Assembly (NCBI GenBank): GCA_049840735.1
Contig: JASGJN010000007.1
Span: 1-64,000, forward strand
Direction: 5' to 3'
DNA: 64,000 nt
Source of the DNA: Anaeromyxobacter sp.
Lineage (GTDB): Bacteria; Myxococcota; Myxococcia; Myxococcales; Anaeromyxobacteraceae
Shown here: positions 63,113 to 64,000 of the stretch, one piece after another
Position numbering within the stretch: position 1 is the stretch's first letter
Layout of the letters: each line of letters begins with the position of its first letter
Translations under genes and position numbers: made by a program
The notes under the pieces: generated by a model
What the model was told of the DNA's origin: nothing
The model's database searches: none
Seen by the model: only the letters and a program-made list of their open reading frames with translations

Positions 63113-64000
63113 ATGAACCGGAACATCGTCAGGGCCGCGCGCTGCCTTGCGCTCGCCGCGCTGCTCATTCCCGTGGCACGGGCCGAGGAGCCGATCCTGG
63201 GCAGCACGTCCAAGGCGGACTGGCCCACCGAGATCACCCGGCGCCCGCTCACGCTCAACCAGGGGATGGCCGAGCTGTGGCTGCCGGTGAACATGAACCT
63301 GAGCGACGGCCAGGAGTTCGAGCCGGTCAACCTCAACCCCAGCCTCTACTACGGCATCACCAACGAGTGGATGATCGGGATCCGCCACTTCGTCGGGATC
63401 TGCGCCAGCGGCGAGGACCAGGGGTGCGCCGAGACCTACGACGACGTCTCGGTGGACACGCTGCTGGCCTTCGGCCGCTACGCCGGGGTGCAGTTCGGCA
63501 TCGGCGGCGCCCTCAACTACGCGCCCATCCACGAGCCGTCGGCCTGGAGCGCCGAGGCCAAGCTGGCCATCCGGGCCGGCGGCGGCGCCTTCGCCATCAC
63601 CCTCATGCCCACCGTCAACTTCGGCCTGAACGACCGCGACGCCAGCTCGGACCTGCTGCCCGACGGCACCCCGCCCTACAAGTGGACCGGCACCCCGCAG
63701 AACCTGGGCACCTACAACGTGCTGACGCTGGCGGCCACCCCCGGGAACCGCGAGTACCTGCTGGTCCCGGTGACGCTGCAGCTGCAGCTCGGCTCCAGCC
63801 TGGCGCTGGCGGTGGGGGCCTCGCTCAACGGCCCGCTCAACGCCAAGGACCTGGACTTCGGCGACGTCTACACCATCCCGGTCTCGGTGGCCGCGGTGGT
63901 GACGCCCTCGCGCTGGCTGGACCTCGGCGCGGCGCTGACCTTCCCGAACCTGGCAGGCGCCGACTTCTCCAGCGACACCTCCACCTTCACGCTGGCCAAC
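63113..64000 (+). CDS. Secreted/outer-membrane hypothetical protein, runs off the window
   Basis: GGAG RBS, signal peptide (LALAALLIPVARA), RRPLTL motif, beta-strand-rich sequence; frame open to the window end. Confidence 0.75.
   Translation, partial: MNRNIVRAARCLALAALLIPVARAEEPILGSTSKADWPTEITRRPLTLNQGMAELWLPVNMNLSDGQEFEPVNLNPSLYYGITNEWMIGIRHFVGICASGEDQGCAETYDDVSVDTLLAFGRYAGVQFGIGGALNYAPIHEPSAWSAEAKLAIRAGGGAFAITLMPTVNFGLNDRDASSDLLPDGTPPYKWTGTPQNLGTYNVLTLAATPGNREYLLVPVTLQLQLGSSLALAVGASLNGPLNAKDLDFGDVYTIPVSVAAVVTPSRWLDLGAALTFPNLAGADFSSDTSTFTLAN

Overview
This is very GC-rich bacterial DNA. Gene content (MxcH/MxcI-like TonB system, poly-HAMP chemoreceptors, sigma54-type promoters, Ser/Thr kinase, CcsBA) suggests an Anaeromyxobacter-like myxobacterium; the taxonomy is inference. 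From left to right the window holds: a heavily frameshifted UvrA-family ATPase that collides with a truncated patatin gene (possible chimeric junction); ECF sigma/DoxX, GST, GFA/AraC and a GH128 lipoprotein; a TonB-ExbBD iron-uptake operon with a divergent PepSY gene; a papain-like protease; two paralogous MCPs flanking a DUF4091/CBM9 glycan protein and a ROK-PfkB-sugar ABC locus; a PA-domain metalloprotease; an outer-membrane protein-feoAAB-ferritin operon followed by ccsBA; CotH, AKR, msrB, pgi, an osmoprotectant ABC transporter, a histidine kinase and ybaK; a hemerythrin/PNPOx/PNPOx-GAF-wHTH cassette; PfpI; and a convergent adenylate cyclase / kinase-pseudocyclase pair. Seven copies of a covarying palindromic repeat are dispersed through the window. 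Eight frameshifts are single-base insertions inside GATC, which points to sequencing error at a methylated motif rather than real pseudogenes. I recognised no rRNA, tRNA, CRISPR array or transposase. Family assignments come from motif recognition, not database searches.
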